Below are positions 12,844-26,173 of a DNA stretch of 64,000 nucleotides, piece by piece. The position numbers and the translations under genes are program-made. The notes under the pieces were generated by a model, which had not been told where the DNA came from, did no database searches, and saw only the letters and a list, made by a program, of their open reading frames with translations. Each line of letters begins with the position of its first letter. Positions within the stretch are counted from its first letter, which is position 1. Source of the DNA: Eledone cirrhosa (taxonomy: Eukaryota); the NCBI GenBank assembly GCA_964016885.1, contig OZ024740.1, positions 429,660,001 to 429,724,000 on the forward strand. The letters run 5' to 3'.

Positions 12844-12913
12844 TATTTTATCTGATGAGAACACAATTTTTGTCCTAGGATGATGTTGTTTTCGAAATAC
12901 GCATAATAAAATA
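12844..12913 (+). ncRNA. Type I hammerhead ribozyme (family D, diverged inverted copy)
   Basis: tattttat CTGATGA gaacacaat..gttgttttc GAAA tacgca TA ataaaata; flanks 12810-12945 are homologous to 10900-11035 in reverse. Confidence 0.8.
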
Positions 12914-12946
12914 TATGGAACTTTTTTAACCATCTTTTAATTTCTT

Positions 12947-13026
<80 letters not shown>

Positions 13027-13029
13027 TAT

Positions 13030-13385
13030 ATATATTGGTAAACGGAAAAGAAAATGCTGACAAATTGTTCACAGTGAAAAATAGTTTAATTAGGAATAAG
13101 TGAGAATTAGTAATAGTAATAAGTTTCGCGCCAATTCGTGTTGCAAAAATTCTTGTGGTCAAAACAATTTTGATTGGTCGGTAGAGGTCATGTGAATGTT
13201 AAAAATTGATTTTGCGCCAAATGTAGGTTTGTGTCGGCTGATTGAGAAGTCACTGAAAAATAAGTCTTTCAAAACAAATGTGTGTGTGTGTAGTAGTAGT
13301 AGTAAAGAGGTTCGTTGTTGTGATAATGGTCAGCAGGGATGTGTGCGAACCGCAGCCTGTTGACAGTTCAAATGCCTATTAAGAT

Positions 13386-13436
<51 letters not shown>

Positions 13437-13490
13437 TCTTTGTATATTAATGTACGCGTGTGTATGTGTGTGTGTGTGTGTGTGTGAGAA

Positions 13491-13521
<31 letters not shown>

Positions 13522-14981
13522 ACCAGTATTTTTGTGATACTGGTAAAATGGTGTACATTATTCGATATTTTCAGTAAAAACGATTCTCTCAATAGAACAT
13601 CAAAAACCTTAATAATAAAAGGTGTGAAATGATGTATAGTATTGGTATAATACCAAGGTGTGTGTGAGTGTCCAGATTGTACGTACTGCAAGGGGAATCC
13701 ATTAGGCCTTGCCGTATTGGAATACTTGTGTACAAATATGTATGTGCCCATCAGTGTGCAATGCATGTGTGCGTTTATGTATGTGTGTGTGTCGGCACGT
13801 TTATATCTATAGACATCAAAAGGTATGCGTATTTGTGTATATTTGTGTTGCACCATAGAACATGTGTGTTTACGTATGTCATGTCATTGTGTTTATATGT
13901 GGATAAAGATGTATACTGATGTAGGTATGTATGTTGACGTGTGTATGTTGTGGGTTCGTCTTAGGGAGAAGTGTTTAGACGGGGTCCGTATTTGTTAATA
14001 AAGTAAGATTCCTTTCTGATGCGCTGGGTGTGGGTGGCATTATCTTTAAATTTGTAGAGGGGAAAGATTCTGAAGTTGGGATGATTTTGGGCGGCACAGG
14101 TATCAATGTGTTCACTCAGTGGTATTTTCCTGTATTCCCGTATTTTAATTTGGGATCTATGGACATTCATGCGTTGGCGGAGGCTGTTTTTGGTCTGGCC
14201 TATGTATTGTTCTCGACAACCTGAGCAAGTTAATACATATATTAGATTTTCTGATGCGCATGTGAAATTGTGTTTTACTATAAAACGTTGTCCTTCTTTG
14301 AAATAGAATTCCGAACCATCTATTAGGTTGATGCATATGCCATAGTTGGGTCTATCGCATTTGTTTACTGTCGGTTTCGTTGTTGTGGTTGGCAGTACTT
14401 TGGGATGTGTTAGGATGTTTTTCATTGACTTAGATTGTCTTTTGCTCTTTATGATATCGTGTGTTCGTAGGATTTGGTTCATTCTATGGTCCTTTTTCAG
14501 CACAGGGATGTTCTGGAGGATGGTGTCAAAGGCCTCATCGTTGAGGGGGTTGTGTGTGGAGATGTATGGAAGAGCTTTTAGTTTCGGTTGATTTACTTTA
14601 GGGTGTCTAAGGTCCTGGGTACTGAGTTTTAGGGCACGTTGGATTCCATTGTCAATTAGTGATGCAGGGTAGTCCCTGCCTATGAGTGTGTCCTTTAGTT
14701 CTTGTAGCCGTAAGTAGCAGGTGTTTTTATTGGAGACTATAGTACAGATTCTCTTGGCTAAGTTGTAGGGAATATTAATTTTAACGTGTCTAGGGTGGCA
14801 AGAGTTGAAAGGAAGATATTGCTTGGAGTCTGTGGGCTTGTAGTATATGTTTGTTTCTATTTTACTATTACTAATTCTCACTTATTCCTAATTAAACTAT
14901 TTTTCACTGTGAACAATTTGTCAGCATTTTCTTTTCCGTTTACCAATATATCATAACTTGTGTGTTACACCTCTATTCTTT

Positions 14982-14985
<4 letters not shown>
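13030..14985 (-). mobile_element. 5'-truncated Penelope-like element with inverted terminal pLTR segment
   Basis: GIY-YIG ORF inside; 13030-13120 is the reverse complement of 14861-14950; the second arm has an extra ~35-bp tail; both ends in (TA)n. Confidence 0.85.
13961..14881 (-). CDS. PLE ORF fragment: RT thumb, Cys linker and GIY-YIG endonuclease (Neptune/Naiad-like); the N-terminal start is artefactual
   Basis: YYKPTDSKQYLPFNSCHP (PLE thumb), KCDRPNYGIC linker, NLIYVLTCSGCREQYIGQT..LRQRMNVHR..RKESYFINKYGPRLN. Confidence 0.9.
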   Translation of the reverse strand: MRISNSKIETNIYYKPTDSKQYLPFNSCHPRHVKINIPYNLAKRICTIVSNKNTCYLRLQELKDTLIGRDYPASLIDNGIQRALKLSTQDLRHPKVNQPKLKALPYISTHNPLNDEAFDTILQNIPVLKKDHRMNQILRTHDIIKSKRQSKSMKNILTHPKVLPTTTTKPTVNKCDRPNYGICINLIDGSEFYFKEGQRFIVKHNFTCASENLIYVLTCSGCREQYIGQTKNSLRQRMNVHRSQIKIREYRKIPLSEHIDTCAAQNHPNFRIFPLYKFKDNATHTQRIRKESYFINKYGPRLNTSP

Positions 14986-15030
<45 letters not shown>

Positions 15031-15127
15031 TTTACCTGTTCCAGCCATCCGGCTGAGGCCATATATATATATATATGGCGTAGATATACAATACAACAGG
15101 AGTAACATAATACCACTTTAACATAAT

Positions 15128-15333
15128 AGTTGTCTTATTTAGACCTTATTCTCTCGTTTTAGTTACAGTTGTCTTGTTTAGACCTTATTCTCTCGTTTTA
15201 GTTACAGTTGTCTTGTTTACACCTTATTCTCTCGTTTTAGTTACAGTTGTCTTGTTTAGACCTTATTCTCTCGTTTTAGTTACAGTTGTCTTGTTTAGAC
15301 CTTATTCTCTCGTTTTAGTTACAGTTGTCTTGT
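15128..15333 (+). repeat. 39-bp tandem repeat, ~5.3 copies
   Basis: Unit agttgtcttgtttagaccttattctctcgttttagttac. Confidence 0.95.
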
Positions 15334-15488
15334 AACCCTAAACTCCACAGATGGTGACATTTTCATCTGTTTCTTATTTCACAGAAATAACTTATTGTCG
15401 ACTCTACATACTTGTCTATCTGAACCAAATTCCTTTTGGGATGGATGCACCATTGTTACAACCGTTTGTTATTATCTACAATTTCATA

Positions 15489-15679
15489 GGCAGTGGATTG
15501 GCAGTATCGGTAGAGGGTCGGACGCCATGCTTTCTCGCATAGTTACGTCCCTTTATATTCTGAGTTCAAATTCCGCTGAGGTTAACTTTGCCTTTCATCC
15601 TTACGGGGTGCATAAAATAAAGTACCAGTAATGTACTGGGTAATTGCTGGCCTTGTGCCAAAAGTAGAAACAATTATTT
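15489..15679 (+). mobile_element. SINE S1, near full length
   Basis: A box tggcagtatcgg, B box gagttcaaattcc, family body and tail. Confidence 0.88.
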
Positions 15680-15713
15680 ACAATCTCATTAAAACGGTTG
15701 GATCACACCAACT

Positions 15714-15985
15714 ACTGGTAAGTGTGTTGGACTTACGATCATAATTTCTTTGGTTCGATTCCTGGACTGGGTTGTGTGTTGCGTTCTTGAGAAAAACACT
15801 TCATTTCCCGTTGCTCTAGTACATTCAACTGAAAATGAGTACTAGCAATAGCTGGGGGTTTAATCCTGTGATGGACTGGCTTCCTGTCCAGGGGAAGTCA
15901 TGTACTCTCAGTCGCTTAACGTCACGGAAACTGGGGTAAGCACTGATCTGATGAGTCTCCAGTCTCGAGACAGACTTTACACTTT
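15714..15985 (+). mobile_element. tRNA-derived SINE with CORE-like and V-like segments
   Basis: ggttcgattcc B box; ttgcgttcttgagaaaaacact; cctgtgatggactggcttcctgtccagggg; ends gactttacacttt. Confidence 0.7.
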
Positions 15986-16377
15986 AATACCAAATATTTC
16001 GAGTGCAGTACAATCCACCGCCTATGAAATTGTAGATAATAACAAACGGTTGTAACATCATTTGTTCATCGTCATTTTATTTCCATTATTCAGGTTTCAG
16101 TATTTACAATATTTATTAGACTTTTGAATCCCACTATTTCTTGACAGATCGCTCGGTTGTTTAGACTGAACCATCTATGTAAATTGATTAAATAAATATA
16201 GATTATAAGTCGTGAGATTGTAGGTTTATGTCTAACAAAAGAATTCTTATATTTCTTGGGTAGCTACAGATAAGGCATACAACAAACAGAACTGATTAAA
16301 GAGAACAAAACTCTGCCGCCTTTAACAACTCGTTCTATCATTTGTCTCTAGACAGAATGAAATTTACGCATTGTATC

Positions 16378-16638
16378 AACTGGTACTCCGTCGGTTACGA
16401 CGACGAGTGTTCCAATTGATACGATCAATGGAACAGCCTGCTCGTGAAATTTATCATGCATGTGGCTGAGCTGTTCACAGACACGTATACCCTTAATGTA
16501 GTTCTCAGGGAGATTCAGCGTGACACGGAATATAACAAGACTAGCTTTTCGAATTACAGGTACAACTCACTTTTATCAGCTTAGTGGACTGAAGCAATAT
16601 GGAATAAAGTGTCTTGTCCAAGGATACAACATGCCGCC
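16378..16638 (-). mobile_element. CORE-like SINE body of an octopus-type family, head missing
   Basis: aaagtgtcttgtccaaggatacaac CORE-like motif; body gtcggttacgacgacgag..gggagattcagcgtgacac recalled from octopus repeats. Confidence 0.65.
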
Positions 16639-16674
16639 TTCACTATTCCTTATATATACATAATTTAATATCTT

Positions 16675-16840
16675 TCGGTAGAGTATCGGATACATGCTTC
16701 GAGGCGTAGAATTACGGCCCTTTATGTTCTGAGTTCAAATCCCGCCGAGGTTAGCTTTGCCTTTCATCATTACGGTGTCGATAAAATAATGTTCCAGTTA
16801 CAAACTGGGTTCGATTTAATCGACTTTCCCCTCCCCCCAA
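16675..16840 (+). mobile_element. SINE S1 copy
   Basis: gagttcaaatcccgccgaggttagctttgcctttcatc..gatttaatcgactttcccctcccc. Confidence 0.8.
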
Positions 16841-17476
16841 ATAAATATAAATTATGGATGTAGACACGGCTGAATGGTTATCAAGTTTGCCTGGAAACCA
16901 TTAGATTACATCCCACTACACGTTACCTTCAGCAAGTGTCTTCTACCAAATCTAGGGCCTACCAAAGTCTTCTGAATTAAATTTAGAATTAACAAGAAAT
17001 AACTTGATTACTAAAATAGTTTAATAGGAAACATTGTAAAAGATGTTATAAATGTTTTCTTAAACAAGATAATTCAACATAATATTTCGGGGTTTAACCG
17101 TCTTTTCAAATGCAAAAACAAAAAAACAAAAAAAAAAAACATTCAAAACAAACTTTCCTGAACCACAAAAGCTTATTGTTGATATTTTATTAAACATTAT
17201 AGAAATAGCAGACGAATATCATAAGAAAGCTATTCCTTTTCAAGATATTTGCAATGGACAAGATTTTCAGGGTCTTACCAAATTGTTATCACTGTATATT
17301 AAATACGTTAACAAAGACTTTAGCAATTACAGCTCTTGCTTATTATTTAGAGGGCGTTGTCGTTGATAGTTCCAGACAATAAAGAAGATAAATTCGTAAA
17401 GAGAAATTAGGAAACTAATTCACTGGGATGAAAAACTGACATCGTTTATTAAGTACAAACTTAGATTTATGAATAG

Positions 17477-17583
<107 letters not shown>

Positions 17584-17716
17584 GTATTTCCGTAAAAAAT
17601 GTAAAGGAAGTAAGAGTGCTCTATGTATAGTACAGAACTATTTAATTACAGAATAAACAACACAATATAATTATTCCATTACCAAAGGTTTCAGGAAACT
17701 AGATATTTAACTAAAT

Positions 17717-17788
17717 ATTTCATCTGATGAGTGTACTGGACGTTTCTGTTAAGATCGCCTAGTTTCCTGAAACCTTAGGTAATGGAAT
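17717..17788 (+). ncRNA. Type I hammerhead ribozyme (family E) within a 59-bp inverted repeat (17644-17702 / 17759-17817)
   Basis: atttcat CTGATGA ..actggacg..cgcctagt.. GAAA ccttagg TA atggaat; the base of stem II is partly degenerate. Confidence 0.6.
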
Positions 17789-17862
17789 AATTATATTGTG
17801 TTGTTTATTATGTAATTTTAAAATATATACATAAACTTTTAAACTACTAATGTATATATATA

Positions 17863-17963
17863 TATATTCTATATTATTATAGAAAGTAGTTCTACAGGAC
17901 TAGAACTGTTTCATGAAACAGTTCTAGTCCTGTAGAGGTATTTCTTTAATAAAATGAATATAT
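17863..17963. repeat. Palindrome (46-bp perfect core 17891-17936) made of a half-hammerhead GAAAC..GTC segment
   Basis: tctacaggactagaactgtttca|tgaaacagttctagtcctgtaga; the same segment occurs at ~10325-10360. Confidence 0.8.
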
Positions 17964-18035
17964 CTACACTCTACTAACATATTGAGTACCTTTTTTAATA
18001 GTGGTCACCTGCTGATTTATATTGAGACTCTGTAT

Positions 18036-18142
<107 letters not shown>

Positions 18143-19036
18143 CAGTTCTCATTTGCCATAACGATACAATCGGTCCATCGCCCTCAGTATTTAACTGGTA
18201 CTTAATTCCCCGACTCCGAAAAACTGAAGTACAAATTAACCCCGATGACGTTTGTACTCAGAATGTAAAACGCCTTCCCGATTATAAAGTATTTAATCGG
18301 TGGTATATTAAATCACGCAGATGCGAGACCCACGCGAGAAACAACAGATAAGATAATGTGAACTTATTTAATGGGTGGAGTATTAAAAGCTAACGAGGAA
18401 TATATTTGTGAGAGAAAAAGAACAAAATGACTCATGTTTATTCTTTCTTTCTTTTTCAGACAATTACGACAGACAACTTCAGATAGGTTCCCGTCTTATT
18501 CTGAACTCTTCAACAAATCATAATTTCTCCGTTCATGTTGAGGTAGTAATGAAAGAATCAGCTGGTAAATCAACGAAAATGTTGTTTTCTTTAGCTTCAG
18601 ATTGGACGACATCCAGTGAAACTATCATCAAATGCGTTCGAGCAATCCAGTTTCTTTTTTCTGACATAGTGTACCTAGGAATACATTAGCCAATGAACCC
18701 ATTTCTCTGTTAAGACAATAAAGGGGACTAGTGGTTGCGGTGTTGGGCTTACGATCGTAAGGTCCCAGGTTCGATTTCTGGGCCGTGTAGCTCGTTCTTT
18801 TCTTGAGCTTAGTGGACATTCATTTCACATCGTCCCTGTCTGTTAAGCGTCTTCCTCTTCTCCTCCTCCTCCCCCTATTCACTAAGCTCAAAATTAGTAT
18901 CAGCAGCAGCAGCTAAGGGGTTAATACCTAGTGTTAAGGAAAGTGGGCTTGACTCGGGATTGATAAGCCACTGAGCTTGAGATAGGCTTTAATCTTTTTA
19001 ATATGGGATTTGAGGGAGATTTGGCTACTATTTCTA

Positions 19037-19128
19037 GGTTAGCTTTGCCTTTCATCCTTACAGGGTCGATAAAATAAAGTACCAGTAATACACTAGGGTC
19101 GATTTAATCGACTTTCCCCTGCCCCAAA
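19037..19128 (+). mobile_element. Partial SINE S1
   Basis: ggttagctttgcctttcatccttacagggtcgataaaataaagtaccagt. Confidence 0.8.
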
Positions 19129-19254
19129 ACCATCATATGTGTGTATATATAAACTTATCTACAATCACGACTTCGTTCTGCAACACCAAACAATGAATTA
19201 ATACAGAGCCTGTGGTTCATTACATTTTTCAGTAGTCTACACATACACTATCTC

Positions 19255-19300
<46 letters not shown>

Positions 19301-20629
19301 TCTCTCTCTAGCCTCCTCTCCCCTCTCTCTCGCTATCTATCTATCTCTCTAGCTTCCTCTCTCTTCCTCTCTCTCTCTCTTCCTCTCTCTTCCTCTCTCT
19401 AGCCTCCTCTCCCTCTCTCTCTATCTATCTATCTAGCTCCCCCTCTCTCTCTCTCGTGTCCCTGATCAGCTGGTAATGACCTACATGAACCTGTACTCCC
19501 CTCCACCAGAGAGAGACATCAAGTTTAAATCCAGTCTATATTTGCACTAGTTTGTTATATGTGCCACACCCTTAATCATATGTTTAATTAGAGTAATTAA
19601 ACTTCTATGAATACATACAAGACACTTACCCCGTTGCTCCACCGTTACATAATATTTTACAATTAGCCTTTACATCCTCTTTAGCTTTTCTGCTACTAAT
19701 TCTCTCATTTCCCCTCAGATATAACTGGTATTGAGCAAACAACTCCTTATTATGCACCTAATTATCTCATTGTCCCTCAGATATAACTGGTTTTAAGCAA
19801 ATAAATATGGTTCCTTATACTTTACTTTCTTTTAACCCCTACTTGCTCTACAACAATCTTTCAATTTCATACATTATTGATCTAGAGAACGTTTTAATCT
19901 ATAGATATATTTAAACAATTATTATTGGTATCGAATCTCCCAAAATCCATTATCTGTATCGAATTTCCCCAAATCAATCATTATCTGTATCGAATCTCCC
20001 CAAATCAATCACATTACATTTTTACTTTCAACTACTTTTTATTTTTTTACTTTCCAAATCATTGTATGTTCTATATCACTGCGACCATGCGAATCGAAAG
20101 GCGAAATTCGAAGTGACGCTTATGAAGTGTTGTCTTCTATTAAATATTTATTATAATGTAGTTTATGTAAGTATATTTACATGTGTAACCGAATAACTGC
20201 CAACCTTTCTTCTGAAGCCTTCCCTAAGTAACTCCTGCCTCACACCGTCTCTTGCACCAAATAAATAATGTTTTTAATTCGGGCATTCTGATGCTCTAAC
20301 ATCCTGGCTATATTTGTCGCAGCTGCCGAGTTCTATACCTTAAAATAGTGGTTTTCTTTATTACACTATTATTTTAGGGTAGAGGAAAAAAGCTATGTGA
20401 TGCTCATTCCTTTCTCAAAAGAATTAAGGGCGTACGTGAGGTTCAACAACTTCAATCGTGAATTGAAACCGTAGTTTGATTTGTAGAGGACTTCTTGGAT
20501 AACACTACTTGTCCTGTGGTTATGGCATTGTAGTTACAAACTTTAATGGTTCTGTCTCTTTGCACAGCATCTAGGGCAAATAACCTCGATCCAGTGTATT
20601 ACATAGCGTTTACTTTATCAATAAAGTGG

Positions 20630-21022
20630 GTAGCTGAGAGATGAGGCAGTCACTCCGGGTAGAGCCGTTACTTCTCCGAATTGAGGGTCCACAGCTACGA
20701 TACTATGGGGATATGTGGTTAGAATGTCTCAGGAAAGAATCGATGGACAGATTTTATAGGCAAAACCAACTGGTAGGAGACCCAGGGGTAGACCCTGAAC
20801 AAGATGGTGGGATAACATCTATAAGCTTGGCTGGTCTTGATTGGGGATCTAGCTGGATTAGTTGGAAACAGTTGCTTCTGACAGGACCCGCTGGAAGGAG
20901 TGTTTGAGGACTCTGTCCCTATGACTCTCAGGAAGAAGAAGAAGAAGAAGAAGAAGAAGAAGAAGAAGAAGAAGAAGAAGAAGAAGAAGAAGAAGAAGAA
21001 GAAGAAGAAGAAGAAGAAGAAG
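20630..21022 (+). mobile_element. RTE-type LINE 3' end with (GAA)n tail
   Basis: LRVEPLLLRIEGPQLRYYG, then a frameshift to QAKPTGRRPRGRP*TRWWDNI; (GAA)~30 at 20932-21022. Confidence 0.75.
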
Positions 21023-21227
21023 AGCCTCGACAAAATGAAAAGCAAGGTGGACAATATTAAAACTAGAACTTAACACATAAAGAGACGGAAGTAGATATAT
21101 TTTTTGACTGACAACAAAAACCTTATATTTTAGAAAAGTGAAAATCTCAACTGTGCCCTTCATATATTTCCTAATGATATTTACATTGCAAATGAAATAG
21201 TTTCAACACTGGAGATCAACATTCCTT

Positions 21228-22287
21228 GCTAAACCTGGCTAAACCTGACTAAACTTGGCTAAACTTGGCTAAACCTGGCTAAACCTGGCTAAACCTGGCT
21301 AAACCTGGCTAAACTTGGCTAAACTTGGCTAAACCTGGCTAAACCTGGCTAAACCTGGCTAAACCTGGCTAAACTTGTTGGCTAAACTTGGCTAAACTTG
21401 GCTAAACCTGGCTAAACTTGGCTAAACTTGGCTAAACTTGGCTAAACTTGGCTAAACCTGGCTAAACCTGGCTAAACTTGTTGGCTAAACTTAACTAAAC
21501 TTGGCTAAACTTGACTAAACTTGGCTAAACTTCGCTAAACTTCGCTAAACCTGGCTAAACCTGGCTAAACTTGGCTAAACTTGGCTAAACTTAGCTAAAC
21601 CTGGCTAACCCTGGCTAAACTTGTTGGCTAAACTTGTTGGCTAAACTTGGCTAAACTTGGCTAAACTTGGCTAAACTTGGCTAAACCTGGCTAAACCTGG
21701 CTAAACTTGTTGGCTAAACCTGGCTAAACCTGGCTAAACTTGGCTAAACTTGGCTAAACTTGGCTAAACTTGGCTAAACTTGGCTAAACTTGGCTAAATC
21801 TGGCTAAACCTGGCTAAACCTGGCTAAACTTGTTGGCTAAACCTGGCTAAACTTGGCTAAACTTGGCTAAACTTGGCTAAACTTGGCTAAACCTGGCTAA
21901 ACCTGGCTAAACTTGGCTAAACCTGGCTAAACCTGGCTAAACCTAGCTAAACCTGGCTAAAACTGGCTAAACTTGGTTAAACCTGGCTAAACTTGGTTAA
22001 ACTTAGCTAAACCTGGCTAAACCTGGCTAAACTTGGCTAAACTTCGCTAAACTTAGGTAAACCGGGCTAAACCTGGCTAAACCTGGCTAAACCTGGCTAA
22101 ACTTCGATAAACTTGGCTAAACCTGGCTAAACTTCGCTAAACTTCGCTAAACCTGGCTAAACTTGGCTAAACTTGGCTAAACTTGGCTAAACCTGGCTAA
22201 ACCTGGCTAAACTTGGCTAAACCTGGCTAAAACTGGCTAAACTTGACTAAACCTGGCTAAAACTAGCTAAACTTGGCTAAACTTGCT
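21228..22287 (+). repeat. 10-bp satellite ggctaaac(c/t)t, ~105 units
   Basis: Direct reading; occasional 13-bp variants (ttgttgg). Confidence 0.97.
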
Positions 22288-22538
22288 GCTAACTTCATTT
22301 GTTTGCTATAACGAAAGTAAACTACGGTAAAGTATGTAGTCTGTCGTATTACTGTGTGTGTTTGTCTGTGTTTGTGTGTGTGCTTTTGTGCGCGCGCGTG
22401 TTTGCGCGTGTGTGTTCATGTGTGCGTGTGTGCATGTCTTTCTTTCTATCTCTCTATATCTTTCTCTCTATCTATCTATCTATATCTTTCTCTCCGTCTC
22501 TCTCTATATATACATATCTATACCCCCTCTCTCTCTCT

Positions 22539-22578
<40 letters not shown>

Positions 22579-22582
22579 ACAG

Positions 22583-23691
22583 AGCTGGGGATGGCGTGGC
22601 TGACGATGTGCAAACACGCGCTCAGGCTGCGGCATCTCCACGTATTCCTCACCAGACAACCGGTGTGGGCCCCGTTCGTGAGGCGAGCCTTCCCACGACT
22701 CGTCTCGCTGACCGAGCTGCAGTCCTGGGTCAAGCAAAGTCCGAGGAAAATGGGCGACTGGCACATCGAATGTGCTCAGGCGCTCACAGTCCTCTGGCAA
22801 ACGAACCAGGTGATCAGTGGAAACTCCACTTCGACATTCTATAGAGGGTTGGTCAGCAGCAAGTGCGACGACGCGCTCGGAGAAACTCTAGGCGTAGAGG
22901 AGGACGAACTGGCCAGTCTGTTCGGTAGGACCAATGGACAACTTCCAAAAGTCCCTGGCCTGGCAGTGCTACCGAGGCGCTCTACCAGTTCGAGACAAGC
23001 TCTACAGACACGGGCGCCCGGGTGGGGACCCTTCGAAAAAGATCTGTCCGAGATGCGTGCGCGACGAGGAAACGTCGCGCACGCATTTGTACACTGACCG
23101 GGCGTTACCGACCTGTGGGGCTATGTAGAACGACTATTGTCGCGGGTGGGACCAATCCAATTGACCACCGAGTCCATTGTCATGATCAAACCGCCACCCT
23201 CCTTCAAAAACGAGGGAGAGGCGGTTTTCCTATGTGTTATGACTATGGTGAAAGAGGTTATATGGTGGACAAGGTTGAAAGGGCTGAGGTCAGACACCTT
23301 TCTCTCCGGCCAGCAACTGATTCGTTTTTTCAAATATCATTTTGGAAGAAAAATCAGGATGGAGAGAGAGGTGCTGTACCCCAGCAAGTTTTATAAAAGG
23401 TGGGTGAATGTGGCAAAGATGGCCCGAGTGGTTGGGCCTTCTCTCTATATCAGCCTGTAGGTTGAGGAATAAGAGGAAGAGAGGAAGGGAGTACTCACTC
23501 TTGGTGCTCCTGGAGATGAGGGTTGTACATTTTTTCCGGGTGTGTACAACCCCTGTGTAACACCTCCCCCCTATTGGGGATTTTAATTGTTATTTGTTAT
23601 TGTATTAATAGTTTTATTTTCATATACCCGTATGTAAACTCCCCATTTGTATCTGTCCCCTTCTTTTGTGCCCTTGTGGCTAATAAAGAAA
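22583..23691 (+). mobile_element. 5'-truncated, frameshifted Tx1/L1-type LINE copy
   Basis: Homologous to 25283-26434; ends cccttgtggctaataaagaa; preceded by (TA)n. Confidence 0.9.
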
Positions 23692-23820
23692 TTTATCTAT
23701 CTATCTCACCATCTACCTATTTATCTATACCTCTCTCTCTATCTATCTATCTATCTCTTTCTCTAGTTCTATTTCTCTCTCCCAAATCAATGCCCATCTG
23801 ATAGATTATTGATTTCTATG

Positions 23821-23890
<70 letters not shown>

Positions 23891-23938
23891 CATACATATA
23901 TATATATATACATATATATATACATATATATACATATA

Positions 23939-23974
<36 letters not shown>

Positions 23975-24068
23975 TACATATATATATATATATACATACA
24001 TACATACATACATATATATATATACATATTGTTATACTTTGCTAAACAAATTCAGAAACGAAATATAT

Positions 24069-24141
<73 letters not shown>

Positions 24142-24146
24142 CATAC

Positions 24147-26173
24147 ATGCCGGACTTGTTCCCCGATCTCCTCGAGGCGGTCTACTGCAACTGGCAACAG
24201 AACGGGAGAATTCCCTGTACTGTGACCAAGGGCGTAGTCACGCTAGTGAGGAAGGACGAGAAGAAGGGGGACGAAATAAGTAACTTCAGGCCCATAACTC
24301 TGCTAAATACAGAGTTACAGATTTTGGCCAAGGTGCTAGCAAAGAGGTTGGCGCTTGTCGTGGGCAACGTGGTGGGAGATGCGCAGACATGCGCTATCCC
24401 GTCCAGGTCCATCCATGACAACCTCCACCTCATGCGATACATCATAGAGAGGGTTGGGAACGAACCCGGCTTTGGTGGGGCTCTGATCAACTTGGATCAA
24501 TCTAAGGCGTTCGATAGGGTCGACCATGGTTACCTGGATGCAGTGCTAGCAGCGGCAGGCTTCGGACCCGTTTTCAGGGGCTGGATCACTGCTATGCACA
24601 GCAGCCGCATCTGCTCTAGGGTCAAGGTGAACGGCTACCTCTCGGAACCGTTCAAAATCGCGCGGTCCATCCGACAAGGGTGCCCTCTCTCCTCCCTTCT
24701 GTATGTGATGACTCTCGAGCCACTACTGCGGAAGTTGGAGTTGTTGCAGGGCATCCCTTTGGAACCGGGATTGCGGAAAGCGGTGTTGGCCTACGCCGAT
24801 GACGTGACAGTAATGGTGTCGACGGCCTCCGAAATCGAGGCGGTCGGCACCTTACTGGAGGAGTACGAAAGGTTCACAGGGGCTAAGCTGAACCGGGACA
24901 AGTCGATCGGTTTGCAACTCGGCACGTGGAGGGGCAGACCGATGCCCTCCGATGGCGTCGTCGGACGCTGGACGGAGGGCCCGGTGAAGTTGCTCGGGGT
25001 CTGGTTCGGACCGGACCTCCAGGTGGAGAAAAACTGGGCGGAGGTTACGAACAGGGTGTTTGCACTGACCCAGAAGTGGGCCAGTTGCAAACTATCCCTG
25101 AAAGGTCGGGCAGAGGTGGCGAACACCTACATAGCGTCCGTTATCTACTACCGCCTGACCGTAGTGCCCTGCCCAAGGGAAACCCACACCAAGATGGAGC
25201 GCGCACTCTTCCAATTCCTTTGGAAGAGGCGGGCTCCTATGGTGAGGAGATCCATCTGCTGTCAACACCCTTCGAAAGGAGCGCTGGGGATGCCGTGGCT
25301 AATGATGCGTAAACACGCATTAAGGCTACGGCACCTTCAGGTATTCCCCACCGGACAACCGGTGTGGGCCTCGTTTGTGAGACGAACCTTTCCCAGACTC
25401 GTCTCACTCACCGAGCTGCAATCCTGGGTCAAGCAAAGACCGAGAAAACTGGGCACCTGGCACACTGAGTGTGCCCAGGCCCTCACCGCCCTCTTGCAGG
25501 CGGATCCGGTTATCAGTGGAGACTCCACCGCAACATTCTATAGAGGGCTGGTACGCAGCAGGTGCGACGACGCCCTCGGAGAAGCCCTAGACTGGAGGAG
25601 GACGAACTGGCCAGCCTGTTCGGTAGGACATTCAGCCCGGGACCTATGGACAACTTCCAGAAGTCCCTGGCCTGGCAATGCTACCGAGGGGCTTTACCCA
25701 TTCGAGAAAGGCTCTACAGACACGGGCGCCCGGGTAGGGACCCCGCCAAAAAGATCTGTCCCAGATGCGTGTGCGACGAGGAAACCGTTGCACACGCATT
25801 GGTACACTGCTCGGGCGTAGCCGATCTGTGGGGCTATGTCGAACAACTGCTGTCAAGGGTGGGACCGATCCGGTTGACCACCGAGTCTATTGTAATGATC
25901 AAGCCGCCTCCCCCCTTCAAAGATGAAGCAGAGGCGGTGTTTCTGTGCGTAATAGCCATGGCGAAAGAGGTTGTATGGTGGACGCGTCTGAAAGGACTGA
26001 GGTCAGGCACCTTTCTCTCTGGCCAACAACTGGTCCGTTTCTTCCGATATCATTTCGGAAGAAGGATCAGGATGGAGAGAGAGGTGCTCCACCCCAGTCG
26101 TTTTTATGAAAGGTGGGTGAAAGTGGCGAGAATGGCCCGTGTGAATGGGACTTCTCTTTACATAAGCCTGTAG
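24147..26173 (+). pseudogene. Tx1/L1-type ORF2 remnant: RT and C-terminal zinc knuckle, one frameshift near 25590
   Basis: [38 protein letters not shown]; then CPRC..EET..HALVHC in the 25562-26173 frame. Confidence 0.93.

Noticed and set aside
15940-15985. CTGATGA motif as a possible hammerhead
   Set aside because: No downstream GAAA or stem I/III pairing; it is the 3' end of a SINE
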